Notes under the pieces: model-generated
What the model saw: only the letters and a program-made list of their open reading frames with translations
Told to the model about the DNA's origin: nothing
The model's database searches: none
Translations under genes and position numbers: made by a program
Assembly (NCBI GenBank): GCA_963662715.1
Contig: OY759724.1
Location: forward strand, 2,522,662 to 2,586,661
Source: Candidatus Omnitrophota bacterium
GTDB taxonomy: Bacteria > Omnitrophota > Gorgyraeia > Zapsychrales > JANLHA01
DNA length: 64,000 nt
Direction of reading: 5' to 3'
Shown here: one piece after another, positions 19,686-28,760 of the stretch
Position numbering within the stretch: the stretch's first letter is position 1
How the letters are laid out: the number at the start of each line of letters is the position of its first letter

Positions 19686-20657
19686 ATGAGAAAAATAGTG
19701 AGCAGTTTATTGGCCGTTGGTCTGTTTCTTTCTGTGGCGACTCAGCCCGGTCCAGCAAACGCGCAGGAAGAACTGGAAGGCACAATAACGTTTTCCGGCG
19801 CCTGGGCCTTATATCCTATGGTCGTCAAATGGGCGGAAGAGTTTCAGAAGGTTTACCCTGATGTCAGGATAGATGTTGCCGCCGGAGGCGCGGGCAAAGG
19901 GATGGCGGATGCTTTGGCTTCTGTCGTAGATATAGGTAATGTTTCCCGGGATATTTATCCTGAGGAAATTAAGAAAGGAGCCTGGTTTGTCGCGGTGACG
20001 AAGGACGCCGTTGTTCCCACGTTCAATGAGAACAACCCTTTTAAAGATGTGATCCTTTCAAAAGGCATGAAAAGAGAGGACTTTATCGGAATATGGATGA
20101 ACGGAGATATGACGGATTGGAAAGATGCCGTTTCCGGGGAGTCGAAAGTTCCCGGGAAGACCGGGCTCCACGTGTATACCCGTTCTGACGCCTGCGGTGC
20201 GGCAAAGACATGGGCTAAGTATTTAGGGAAAGACCAGGAAGATTTGCTGGGCATAGGCGTTTACGGCGATCCGGGATTGGCAGAAGCGGTTAGAAAAGAT
20301 GTCCTGGGGATCGGTTTCAACAATATCAATTATGTTTACGACCCGCAGACTAAAATACAGGTTAAAGGGATAAAGGTGTTGCCTGTCGATCTTAACGCTA
20401 ACGGGACAATTGATGAGGATGAGGATTTTTATGAGAGCCGTGATGGGATAACCGAGGCTATCGCCGCGGGGAAATATCCTTCTCCGCCGGCCAGAGATCT
20501 ATACTTTGTTTCTCACGGCAGGCCGCAGAGAGAGGTCGTCATAAAGTTTATGAGATGGGTTTTAACAGAAGGACAGAAATATGTCGCTGAGGCGGGATAT
20601 ATCCCTTTGAACAGCGGTAAGCTTCGGGAAGGCTTGGAAAAACTTGAAAGTCCATAA
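19686..20657 (+). CDS. pstS: Phosphate ABC transporter substrate-binding protein PstS
   Basis: Signal peptide; PstS-family motifs (GTITFSGAWALYP…AAGGAGKG…); immediately upstream of pstCAB. Confidence 0.85.
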   Translation: MRKIVSSLLAVGLFLSVATQPGPANAQEELEGTITFSGAWALYPMVVKWAEEFQKVYPDVRIDVAAGGAGKGMADALASVVDIGNVSRDIYPEEIKKGAWFVAVTKDAVVPTFNENNPFKDVILSKGMKREDFIGIWMNGDMTDWKDAVSGESKVPGKTGLHVYTRSDACGAAKTWAKYLGKDQEDLLGIGVYGDPGLAEAVRKDVLGIGFNNINYVYDPQTKIQVKGIKVLPVDLNANGTIDEDEDFYESRDGITEAIAAGKYPSPPARDLYFVSHGRPQREVVIKFMRWVLTEGQKYVAEAGYIPLNSGKLREGLEKLESP

Positions 20658-21567
20658 AGCGGGAAGGATAAACATGAATAGGAAGAGATTATTAAAGGAC
20701 AAGCTTGCCCGTAAGATTATGTCGGTTTTGACGGTCTTGACAGGGGGGGGCATCTTTTTTATCGCTCTGGGATTATATTATCGTTCAAAGCCTATCCTTG
20801 AAACTAAGCCGCTGACGCAACTCTTGTTTTCAACGGCCTGGCACCCTTTGAAGGGGGAGTTTGGTTTTTTGCCTTTTATCACGGGCACTTTTTGGGTAAC
20901 AGCCGTAGCCGTTGCCATCGCTATCCCATTTTCTCTTTTAACGGCCATCTATCTTTCCGAATACGCGCACAAAAGGCTCCGTGAGTGGACAGCGCCCCTC
21001 ATCGACCTTCTTGCCGGGATCCCGTCGATTATTTACGGAATATGGGGCGTATTGGTCATCGTGCCCCTTATAAAAGATTATGTCGCGCCTTCTTTCGGGG
21101 TTTTCTCGAGCGGCTATAGTGTGCTTGCTGCCGGCATTGTTTTAGCGATCATGGTTCTGCCGGTCATTATTCACGTTGTCATGGAAGTTTTTGGAGCAAT
21201 ACCCTATGAGCTTAGAGATGTTTCTTTAGCGTTAGGCGCAACAAAGTGGCAAACGATAAAACATGTGATTCTCCGCAAGGCGCTGCCGGGCATAATAGCG
21301 GCCATCGTTCTGGGGGTGTCCCGCGCCTTTGGCGAAACAATGGCTGTGCTAATGGTGGCGGGGAATGTCGCGAGAATCCCTTCTTCGGTTTTTGATCCGG
21401 CCTACCCTTTGCCCGCTTTGATCGCCAATAATTACGGTGAAATGTTATCCGTCCCCTTGTATGATTCCGCGTTACTGCTTGCTTCCTTGTTCCTGTTGAC
21501 CGTCGTCCTGTTTTTTAATGTTTTATCCAGGGTTATTCTTGTCGGCGTTGAAAGGAGAATCCAGTGA
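20644..21567 (+). CDS. pstC: Phosphate ABC transporter permease PstC
   Basis: 6-TM permease with EAA-like loop (…LALGATKWQTIKHVILRKALPGI…). Confidence 0.85.
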   Translation: MKVHKAGRINMNRKRLLKDKLARKIMSVLTVLTGGGIFFIALGLYYRSKPILETKPLTQLLFSTAWHPLKGEFGFLPFITGTFWVTAVAVAIAIPFSLLTAIYLSEYAHKRLREWTAPLIDLLAGIPSIIYGIWGVLVIVPLIKDYVAPSFGVFSSGYSVLAAGIVLAIMVLPVIIHVVMEVFGAIPYELRDVSLALGATKWQTIKHVILRKALPGIIAAIVLGVSRAFGETMAVLMVAGNVARIPSSVFDPAYPLPALIANNYGEMLSVPLYDSALLLASLFLLTVVLFFNVLSRVILVGVERRIQ

Positions 21568-22415
21568 ATAAAAGACGGATAGAAGAGAATATGTTTAAAG
21601 GACTGATGATGCTTTCCACGTTTATCATTTTTGCCTGTCTTTTGCTTATCATCGGCACGATCGTCATAAAAGGGTTCCCGGCGGTGAATTTGGACATGAT
21701 CACGCAGACACCTAAAGGCGGCTATTATTTAGGTAAGGAAGGCGGGATATTAAACGCGATCACCGGCAGTCTTTATTTGGCCGGAGGATCGACATTCCTG
21801 GCCGTTTTGATAAGCGTGCCGGTGGTCCTGTACCTTAATGTCTACACAAAGAAAGGGTCCCGCCTGGCCTTCCTGGCCCGTTTTTCTTTTGATGTCTTAT
21901 GGGGCATCCCTTCGATAGTTTACGGCGCGTTCGGTTTTGCGATTATGATTTTTTGTGGTCTGCGGGCTTCGCTCTTAGGAGGGATCATCGCCGTATCTTT
22001 TTTGATCTTTCCGATCATGAGCAGGGCCATGGATGAAGTGATGAGGATGATACCCCAGGAACTTTTAGATGCCTCGTATGCTTTAGGCGCGACGAAACTG
22101 GAGACGGCTTTTAAGGTGGTCACAAGGCAGGCTTTGCCGGGGATGCTGACAGCCGTTCTCATCGCTTTTGGAAGAGGCATCGGGGATGCGGCTTCCGTAA
22201 TATTTACGGCGGGGTTCAGCGATTACATGCCCTATTCTCTATTCCGCCCGGTGGCCACATTGCCTTTAGCGATTTTTTTCCAGTTAGGCACCCCTTTCCC
22301 GGAAGTTCAGGAGCGAGCTTACGCTTCAGCTTTTATCCTTACGGTTATCATTTTGATTATCAGTATAGTTTCCAGATGTTTAAGCAAACGGGTCACCCGG
22401 CATATCGTGAAATAG
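21564..22415 (+). CDS. pstA: Phosphate ABC transporter permease PstA (GTG start, 4-bp overlap with pstC)
   Basis: 6-TM permease with EAA loop (ASYALGATKLETAFKVVTRQALPG). Confidence 0.85.
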   Translation: MNKRRIEENMFKGLMMLSTFIIFACLLLIIGTIVIKGFPAVNLDMITQTPKGGYYLGKEGGILNAITGSLYLAGGSTFLAVLISVPVVLYLNVYTKKGSRLAFLARFSFDVLWGIPSIVYGAFGFAIMIFCGLRASLLGGIIAVSFLIFPIMSRAMDEVMRMIPQELLDASYALGATKLETAFKVVTRQALPGMLTAVLIAFGRGIGDAASVIFTAGFSDYMPYSLFRPVATLPLAIFFQLGTPFPEVQERAYASAFILTVIILIISIVSRCLSKRVTRHIVK

Positions 22416-22443
22416 TCTTTTTTAAGGCGGAGGAGGCTTTGTT

Positions 22444-23205
22444 ATGTCATTTAACACACACATAAGCGTAAAGAATCTGAGCGTGGTTTATGGAAAAGAA
22501 CCGGCATTGAAAAATGTGACGGTTGATATCCCCGATAAAAAAATAACCGCTATTATCGGACCTTCCGGCTGTGGAAAAACGACGCTTTTAAAATCCTTTA
22601 ACCGCCTGGTCGACTCCATAGAGGGTATTAAAGTTTCAGGCGAGGTTTGCGTTGACGGCGAAAATATTTTTGACCCCGGGATAGACGTCACTCATATCAG
22701 GAAAAAAATGGGCCTGCTTTCTCAGCGGCCCTATCCCTTGCCGATGTCCATTTATGATAATGTCGCCTACGGCCCCAGGATACATGGAATAAAAGCCAAG
22801 AAACGTCTGGATGCCATTGTCGAGCATTATCTTAAAGAATCGAGCCTTTGGGATGAAGTCAAAGACAGGCTTCACGGGCCTGCTTCAAAATTGTCCATAG
22901 GACAACAGCAGAGGCTTTGCCTGGCAAGAGGCCTTGCGGTTGAGCCGGAAATTATCTTAGGGGACGAGCCTACTTCCGCGCTTGACCCCAGATCGAGCCA
23001 GCGTATTGAAGCGAGGTTCCTGGAACTGCGGGACGAATATACCATCGTTGTTGTCACCCACATATTACGTCAGGCACGAAGGTTGGCTGATTACGTTATT
23101 TTCCTTTATCTCGGCGAATTAATAGAACATGGTCCGGCGGAGAAGATCTTCGAAGCCCCCCAAGAAGAGCTGACCAAAGAATACATCCAGGGGATTATAA
23201 GCTGA
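22444..23205 (+). CDS. pstB: Phosphate ABC transporter ATP-binding protein PstB
   Basis: Walker A GPSGCGKTT, ABC signature LSIGQQQRL, Walker B ILGDEPTSALD, H-loop. Confidence 0.9.
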   Translation: MSFNTHISVKNLSVVYGKEPALKNVTVDIPDKKITAIIGPSGCGKTTLLKSFNRLVDSIEGIKVSGEVCVDGENIFDPGIDVTHIRKKMGLLSQRPYPLPMSIYDNVAYGPRIHGIKAKKRLDAIVEHYLKESSLWDEVKDRLHGPASKLSIGQQQRLCLARGLAVEPEIILGDEPTSALDPRSSQRIEARFLELRDEYTIVVVTHILRQARRLADYVIFLYLGELIEHGPAEKIFEAPQEELTKEYIQGIIS

Positions 23206-23416
23206 CGGTCAAAAACTTTTCAAAGTCCTCCCCGTATCCTTCTGAAACTTCCCGGATGCCCGTTGTGCTCTTACATTGAATTTATCATGCCGGGGCAGGG
23301 GCGGTATGTTTTTTAACCGCCCGCCAGAAACCCCTTGACCTGTCTATTCCTTTATAGTTTATAGTTTACAAACATGGCCATGACATCGTAAACTCATTAA
23401 AGGAAAGGAGTCGCAC

Positions 23417-23593
23417 ATGGGAGCTGTTACAGTGGAAGAATGGATCAATCTCTTCAAAGCGGTCGGACTGAGTGATGAAGACATGAAAAAGTGGCACAGG
23501 CTTTTCGAGGATCGGAACCCGGAAGGCCATTTAAGTTTCCTGAAATGGCTGGGACTTCCGGCAGAGAAGATTGAAGAAGCCAGAAGTTTATAG
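23417..23593 (+). CDS. Unannotated 58-aa ORF, MGAVTVEEWINLFKAVGLSDEDMKKWHRLFEDRNPEGHLSFLKWLGLPAEKIEEARSL, upstream of the MerR gene
   Basis: Strong RBS (aaaggaaaggag) 7 nt before the ATG. Below the 60-aa ORF-track cutoff. Helical, amphipathic composition. Confidence 0.4.
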   Translation: MGAVTVEEWINLFKAVGLSDEDMKKWHRLFEDRNPEGHLSFLKWLGLPAEKIEEARSL

Positions 23594-23679
23594 GCGTGTC
23601 GAAAAAACCGGCGCGGGGCAGGGCGCAACAGACGGCCCTGGCCTGCCCCGGTGTTTGATAAACAACAGGAAAGGGATTT

Positions 23680-24222
23680 ATGTATACGATTTCGCAGTTA
23701 GCCAGAATGTTTCATTTATCACGAAGCACGATCCTTTACTATGATTCTATCGGCCTGTTAAAACCGGATGAGCGCACAAATAAAAATTACCGTTTATATC
23801 AGCCGAGATCCGTAAAGAAATTGGAAATGATTTGTGAATTGCGTAATACCGGTCTTTCTTTGAAGTCTATAAAACAGATCATCTCAAACCGGAAAGCCGA
23901 GAAAGATTCCGCTTTGCAGGAACGTCTTCATGCTATAAATCAGGAGATCAATACCTTGCGCAAACAGCAGCAGGTGATCGTGAGCATGCTGCAGCGAAAG
24001 GATCCTGCCAGAAATATGCGGTATGTGAGCCGGGAGCAGTGGGTCAAATTTTTAAGGACGGCCGGGCTGGATGACAAAGGCTTGTATAAATTACACGTTA
24101 CCTTTGAAACATCTTCCCCCGAAGGACATCAGGACTTTCTCGAATCCATTGGGTTGTCTGAAAAAGAAATAAAGCAGATAAGAGATGCGTCGAAAGAGGG
24201 CCTTCCCCCGGAGAAAACGTGA
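23680..24222 (+). CDS. MerR-family transcriptional regulator
   Basis: N-terminal HTH MYTISQLARMFHLSRSTILYYDSIGLL…NYRLY (MerR signature), then a coiled-coil. Confidence 0.8.
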   Translation: MYTISQLARMFHLSRSTILYYDSIGLLKPDERTNKNYRLYQPRSVKKLEMICELRNTGLSLKSIKQIISNRKAEKDSALQERLHAINQEINTLRKQQQVIVSMLQRKDPARNMRYVSREQWVKFLRTAGLDDKGLYKLHVTFETSSPEGHQDFLESIGLSEKEIKQIRDASKEGLPPEKT

Positions 24223-24508
24223 GAAAGCGCTAATTCCCGGTCCTTTTTGGGGAATATCCCTTCCCCGAGGCTTATAGCGATTTGACATATTAAATTTAAG
24301 TGATAAGATGTTGTTTGATTATGGGGAATAAGAAAATAAATTATAAATTCCAGGAAAGACTATGCTTGCAGAAAGCTGATTCCACGCGTATCTATCGATT
24401 TAAATACCCTCATTTGTTTCACCCTCCACAATATTCTTTCTGACAATTCGATTGTTCTGTTTCTTCTCCGAATTCATTAAGTAGGTTAATCTGATCTTAT
24501 AAAATATT

Positions 24509-25009
24509 ATGTTTAAAATTAAAGACAAAATATACCATCCTAAACATGGGTTATGCGAAGTAAAAGCTATTCTTATGAGGGAAGAGAAGCCCACCTATAT
24601 CCTAAAACCTGCCGTGGCAGCCAAAAAGCTGCAGCGAATTGAATTGAAACAAGAAAAAATTATGGAGACAGGGGTTTATCAGCCTGTCGGAAGAGATGGG
24701 GCAGAAAAGATAAATGATATTCTGAATAATAAACCTGGGAATATCTCGGAAGACAGAAGTGAAGGGTATAGAAACACAAAAGAAAAAATTTATTCTGGCG
24801 ATCTTTTTAAGATCGCGGAAGCTGTTCGTGATTTAGAAGCGCTTAAGGATTTGTTGTTTCTCGGGGAAAAACGAAGGTTGCTGAAGTTGGCGAAAAACAT
24901 TCTTATAAATGGCTTGTCCCATGCCAGCGGACAAGACAGCAAAGAGACTGAAAAATTCCTGGAGAAACAATTGTGTGTTTTCAGGAACACCATAAGCGAT
25001 GATAGCTGA
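24509..25009 (+). CDS. CarD/CdnL-family RNA-polymerase-binding transcription factor
   Basis: MFKIKDKIYHPKHGLCEV… (Tudor-like RNAP-interacting domain) and IYSGDLFKIAEAVRDL…KRRLLKLAKNIL match the CarD_CdnL_TRCF pattern. Confidence 0.7.
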   Translation: MFKIKDKIYHPKHGLCEVKAILMREEKPTYILKPAVAAKKLQRIELKQEKIMETGVYQPVGRDGAEKINDILNNKPGNISEDRSEGYRNTKEKIYSGDLFKIAEAVRDLEALKDLLFLGEKRRLLKLAKNILINGLSHASGQDSKETEKFLEKQLCVFRNTISDDS

Positions 25010-25034
25010 TGCCTTTCTAAAAAAGGAGGGATAA

Positions 25035-25400
25035 ATGAAAAAGTGGAGATCGCTTGCCGGAAAGCATAGCATGTCTGGAATTGTTCTGAGTGCCGTTTCC
25101 GTTTTTGTGTTTTTTCTGTCCGGCTGTGCAACAGAAAGTCGTTATGTGAATAAGAATTACAATAACGCCAAAAAGCTTTATGCCCGGGGACAATATGCGG
25201 AAGCTTTGGATTATTACCAGAAATATATGTCGAATCATCCGGACAATAATCTTAATGAGGTTGTTTATTATTACATGGGGAGATGTTACGAAGAGACAGG
25301 AGAGCCGGGAAAGGCAAAAATCATGTTTGAGACGTTGATAGAGAAATATAAAGAGGGATACTGGGTGGAACGGGCTGAGGAGAAACTTGAAACTTATTAA
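25035..25400 (+). CDS. Small TPR-like lipoprotein
   Basis: Lipobox LSGC; YYQKY…YYYMGRCYEETGEPGKA TPR-like helices. Confidence 0.5.
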   Translation: MKKWRSLAGKHSMSGIVLSAVSVFVFFLSGCATESRYVNKNYNNAKKLYARGQYAEALDYYQKYMSNHPDNNLNEVVYYYMGRCYEETGEPGKAKIMFETLIEKYKEGYWVERAEEKLETY

Positions 25401-25439
25401 AATGGATCCCGCCGGGAGCCAACATCAGGAAGAAATATT

Positions 25440-25865
25440 ATGATTTATAACGGGAATAAAATCCAACTTTACTATACGTTAACTGTGGAAGGGCAAGTTA
25501 TAAAAAGCAATAAAAATAGCGCTCCTTTAGAATATATATTCGGCTCCGGGACACTCCCTTCTTTCTTGGAGGCCCGGATAGCGTCTTTAGAGCCTGGACA
25601 AAGAAAGACGATTGTTTTTAACCCGGAAGAGGCCTACGGGGCACGCGATCCCAAAGCCATTCTGGAAGTCCCGAGACCGGAAGAGACTGATGCCACGGAC
25701 TTCATAGAGGGAAAGACTTTGCGATTAGAAAATAAAGAAAATGGCCAGGTCATGGCCGCGAAGATATTAAAAGTGAAAAAGGACAGCCTGGTTCTGGATA
25801 TGAATCATCCTTTTGCCGGAAAAACTTTGCAGTATGATGTGGAAATTATTGCCGTAGAAAAATAA
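25440..25865 (+). CDS. FKBP-type peptidyl-prolyl cis-trans isomerase (cytoplasmic, SlyD/FkpB-like)
   Basis: Y…G…LPSFLEARIASLEPGQRKTIVFNPEEAYG…LQYDVEIIAVE pattern of short FKBP domains. Confidence 0.75.
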   Translation: MIYNGNKIQLYYTLTVEGQVIKSNKNSAPLEYIFGSGTLPSFLEARIASLEPGQRKTIVFNPEEAYGARDPKAILEVPRPEETDATDFIEGKTLRLENKENGQVMAAKILKVKKDSLVLDMNHPFAGKTLQYDVEIIAVEK

Positions 25866-25881
25866 AGGCGGGTGTCACGAA

Positions 25882-26388
25882 ATGAATAATCTTGCTCGTA
25901 AAGTTATAATGGTTGGAGCATTGTTGAGTGTCGTGTTATGCGCGGCATGGGTCGAAGGGGGTAAGCTCATGATAAAAGAAGGAAGAAAGGTGAAATTTGA
26001 TTACACCCTTGTTGTCGAAGGGCAAGAAATAGACAGCAGTTTAGGGCAATATCCCGTGGAATATCGTCATGGGGACGGGAAAATCCTGCCGGGCCTCGCA
26101 GCGGAGCTTGAAGGATTAAAAGAGGGAGATGAGAAAACAGTTATTCTTAACCCTGAAGAAGCATACGGCCAGCCTGACCCGCAGGCCATCAAGGAATTGC
26201 CCAAAGCTATTTTATCGAAAGATGATAAAGGGAAAGTCGGCGCGGTTGTTTCTTTAAAGACCCAGAGTGGAAGAACAATCCGGGGAATTATTCTGCAGAT
26301 TAAAGAGAATACCTTTATCGTGAATTTTAATCATCCGCTGGCAGGTGAAACGATACAATTTAATGTTAAGATTCTTCAAGTACAGTGA
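25882..26388 (+). CDS. FKBP-type peptidyl-prolyl cis-trans isomerase, secreted paralog
   Basis: Signal peptide plus the same FKBP core (LPGLAAELEGLKEGDEKTVILNPEEAYG…IQFNVKILQVQ). Confidence 0.75.
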   Translation: MNNLARKVIMVGALLSVVLCAAWVEGGKLMIKEGRKVKFDYTLVVEGQEIDSSLGQYPVEYRHGDGKILPGLAAELEGLKEGDEKTVILNPEEAYGQPDPQAIKELPKAILSKDDKGKVGAVVSLKTQSGRTIRGIILQIKENTFIVNFNHPLAGETIQFNVKILQVQ

Positions 26389-26440
26389 GATCGAGAAAGT
26401 CCGGGTATATTTATTCATAATGAAATGTTAAAGGGGGATT

Positions 26441-26659
26441 ATGATAATTGAGTTAGGTATTATTTCCGGTGAAATTCTGATGTTTATGGATAAACAGAAC
26501 GTTCCGGTCCCTATGCGGGAGATATACTCAAATTTTAACTACTCAAAGGAGGACTTTTATATGGCTGTCGGGTGGCTTACGCGAGAAGGTATGATACATA
26601 TAGAACAAGATATGAATAGTCAAGAATATATGGTTTCATTGATAACTAAACAGTCTTGA
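26441..26659 (+). CDS. Hypothetical small protein (72 aa)
   Basis: ORF with RBS (aaagggggatt); no recognisable motif. Confidence 0.4.
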   Translation: MIIELGIISGEILMFMDKQNVPVPMREIYSNFNYSKEDFYMAVGWLTREGMIHIEQDMNSQEYMVSLITKQS

Positions 26660-26693
26660 TGTTTTATGTAAATAGAGGGGTGTTGACATAGAC

Positions 26694-26909
26694 ATGAAAA
26701 GCACTATTTGGTTTTATGACCGGGATTTTTACAAGTTATTTATTCAAGAAAGAGACATTAAGGATGAAATATTGACCTGGGAAGGCTGTTCGCTGCAATG
26801 TCGTTACTATAATATTGACGGAGGAAATGCTTGGGATATCCTTTTCCCGGTAAAATATTATAAGCGAATAGAAAAGCTGTTGGATCAAAATAAAAATAGA
26901 CAAAAGTAA
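26694..26909 (+). CDS. Hypothetical small protein (71 aa)
   Basis: ORF directly after the previous one; possible two-gene cassette. Confidence 0.4.
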   Translation: MKSTIWFYDRDFYKLFIQERDIKDEILTWEGCSLQCRYYNIDGGNAWDILFPVKYYKRIEKLLDQNKNRQK

Positions 26910-27016
26910 GACTTACAGCCAGGGTATGGCGCAATTCAACCTGGTTAAATTTTGCCGTTGGATAAGATCGACAGGGTGTCGTTCTGTAAGTTGATGGATA
27001 ACACAAGGATTTGTTT

Positions 27017-27235
27017 ATGGCTAAAGAAGAAGGGATTGAGGTCAAAGGGATCGTGCAGGATGCCTTGTCGAATTCAAAATTCAAGGTAAAACTCGAAAAT
27101 GGTCATAGTATTATTGCTTACCCATGCGGTAAGATGCGGAAGTTTTTTATTAGAATTTTGCCTGGGGACAAAGTTTCGGTCGAATTATCTCCGTATGATT
27201 TAAATAGAGGCCGAATCACCTACAGGTATAAATAA
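27017..27235 (+). CDS. infA: Translation initiation factor IF-1
   Basis: [42 protein letters not shown]…[12 protein letters not shown]; S1-like OB fold with very high conservation. Confidence 0.9.
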   Translation: MAKEEGIEVKGIVQDALSNSKFKVKLENGHSIIAYPCGKMRKFFIRILPGDKVSVELSPYDLNRGRITYRYK

Positions 27236-27403
27236 AAGGGCCTTCCCCCGGCCCCTCAGTGACAAGATTTTCGTATGGGTTCCTTTTTTAGAATGTCTGT
27301 TAGGGAGAGGAGTTTTGCCGGTTTGATGGGGGCCGTAATTTTTTCCCGGGGGATTCTTGTCTTTAGCGAGACAGGCCGGGCGGAGAGGTGCGTTTTGATT
27401 GAA

Positions 27404-27441
27404 GCCACCGCTTCTTAACGAGGCAGGTGGCATTTTTTTTT
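27404..27441 (+). terminator. Rho-independent terminator, gccacc…ggtggc stem plus T9
   Basis: Stem-loop followed by ttttttttt downstream of infA. Confidence 0.55.
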
Positions 27442-27526
27442 GAAAGGATAACCGCCGCATGTTTAAGACGGCGTTGCTGAAAAGAAAGAGGGTGTTTGAT
27501 GATAAATGTTAAAATGGTACTTTATC

Positions 27527-27576
27527 ATCGTTTGTCAATAATAAATTATTGACAAACGATATCACTCTGCTATAAT
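27527..27576 (+). promoter_or_regulatory. Sigma70 promoter (TTGACA 27549-27554, TATAAT 27571-27576) overlapped by a perfect 14-bp inverted repeat, ATCGTTTGTCAATA-N6-TATTGACAAACGAT, at 27527-27560. Probable operator of the downstream XRE repressor.
   Basis: Read directly; arms are exact reverse complements. The -35 hexamer lies inside the right arm. Confidence 0.55.
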
Positions 27577-27613
27577 GCTATTCAGTCTAGATCATAAAAG
27601 AGGAGGATGCATT

Positions 27614-28156
27614 ATGGATAACAGGTCAAAGATTCAAAAATTAAGTAAAATGTTTCACCGCTTTTTTTCTGTGCTTCTCGTTCTGATACCAATCTGCTAT
27701 TTTTTCTATTGGACATTTATTAACTTCTTACCCGAGAGGTTGATTACGGTCAACATGGATGCCAGTCCTTTAATTCCTCACAAAATTTCTTTTCATCTGC
27801 AGATGATAGGAGCCGCAGCATGTTTATTGCCTCTTTCTGCCTTGGTTTTTGGAATTTTGAATTTAAGAAAACTTTTTTCCTATTATCAGGACGGGGTGAT
27901 TTTTTCTGTTGAACAGGTGAAAATTTTTAAGAATATTTCAAAAGCGCTCCTGTTATGGGCTGTTTTATCCATTGTCTATGAATCCATTAAAAGTGTGTTG
28001 TTCTCCTGGGGAAACCCTCCCGGCAGCAGAGTCTTAGAAGTCGGCCTGAATTCAGGGCAAATAACGTCACTTATAATCGGGTTCCTTATGGTCGTTATTG
28101 CCTGGGTTATGGAAGAAGGGAGCGTTTTAGTTGAAGAAAGGGAACTTGTTATTTAA
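27614..28156 (+). CDS. DUF2975-like 4-TM membrane protein, co-operonic with the XRE regulator
   Basis: Four hydrophobic helices. Sits directly upstream of a 70-aa XRE HTH protein (YozG-like pairing). True start is likely the ATG at 27614 after RBS aaagaggagga; the track start at 27575 overlaps the -10 box. Confidence 0.65.
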   Translation: MDNRSKIQKLSKMFHRFFSVLLVLIPICYFFYWTFINFLPERLITVNMDASPLIPHKISFHLQMIGAAACLLPLSALVFGILNLRKLFSYYQDGVIFSVEQVKIFKNISKALLLWAVLSIVYESIKSVLFSWGNPPGSRVLEVGLNSGQITSLIIGFLMVVIAWVMEEGSVLVEERELVI

Positions 28157-28167
28157 CAGGAGATGCT

Positions 28168-28380
28168 ATGGCCATCATAGTTAATTTGGATGTGGTTTTG
28201 GCTCAACGCAAAATGAAATCTGTGGATCTCGCAAGGCTCATCGGAATTACCGAGCAGAATTTGTCTATCCTGAAAACAGGAAAAGCCAAGGCGGTCCGCC
28301 TGACGACGTTAGACGCCATCTGCCGGCATCTTGATTGTCAGCCGGGAGATATCCTTGAATATAGACAGAATGGATCTTAA
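28168..28380 (+). CDS. XRE-family (Cro/C1-type) helix-turn-helix transcriptional regulator, 70 aa
   Basis: …MKSVDLARLIGITEQNLSILKTGKAKAVRLTTLDAICRHLDCQPGDIL… matches the YozG-like short HTH_XRE proteins. Confidence 0.8.
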   Translation: MAIIVNLDVVLAQRKMKSVDLARLIGITEQNLSILKTGKAKAVRLTTLDAICRHLDCQPGDILEYRQNGS

Positions 28381-28470
28381 GCGGCGCAGCCATCCCGGAG
28401 CATTCATCTTATCGCAAAGAATAATGACTTTAAGAGTGTTGAAATTCTCGTTCAAGAGTGACCATGCCAT

Positions 28471-28647
28471 ATGAATGAAAACATGTTGGATCAGCTGAAA
28501 CGGCTCGAAGCGGAACATGACGTGAGGATTTTATATGCGGTAGAATCCGGCAGCCGGGCATGGGGCTTTGCATCACAAGACAGCGATGGAGAAGGTGCCG
28601 GGGAGGGCTTTGTAAATAGAGTTTTTTGTCCACAAGTTAAATTTTGA
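28471..28647 (+). pseudogene. 58-codon remnant of a nucleotidyltransferase gene (MNENMLDQLKRLEAEHDVRILYAVESGSRAWGFASQDSDGEG…)
   Basis: The ILYAVESGSRAWGF.S.DSD motif resembles the N-terminal signature of predicted-nucleotidyltransferase (Nuc-transf-like) proteins, which are normally about 250 aa. Here the frame ends after 58 aa and no RBS is evident. Confidence 0.3.
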
Positions 28648-28760
28648 CTTTTCTATTAGTAAATATATACTAATGATATATCAATTTTTTAAGTTATGGC
28701 GGTAGGCCCTGGCAAGGGCAGAGTTTTGTTTCAATGACCAGCAGATAGAAAGGAGAATGT

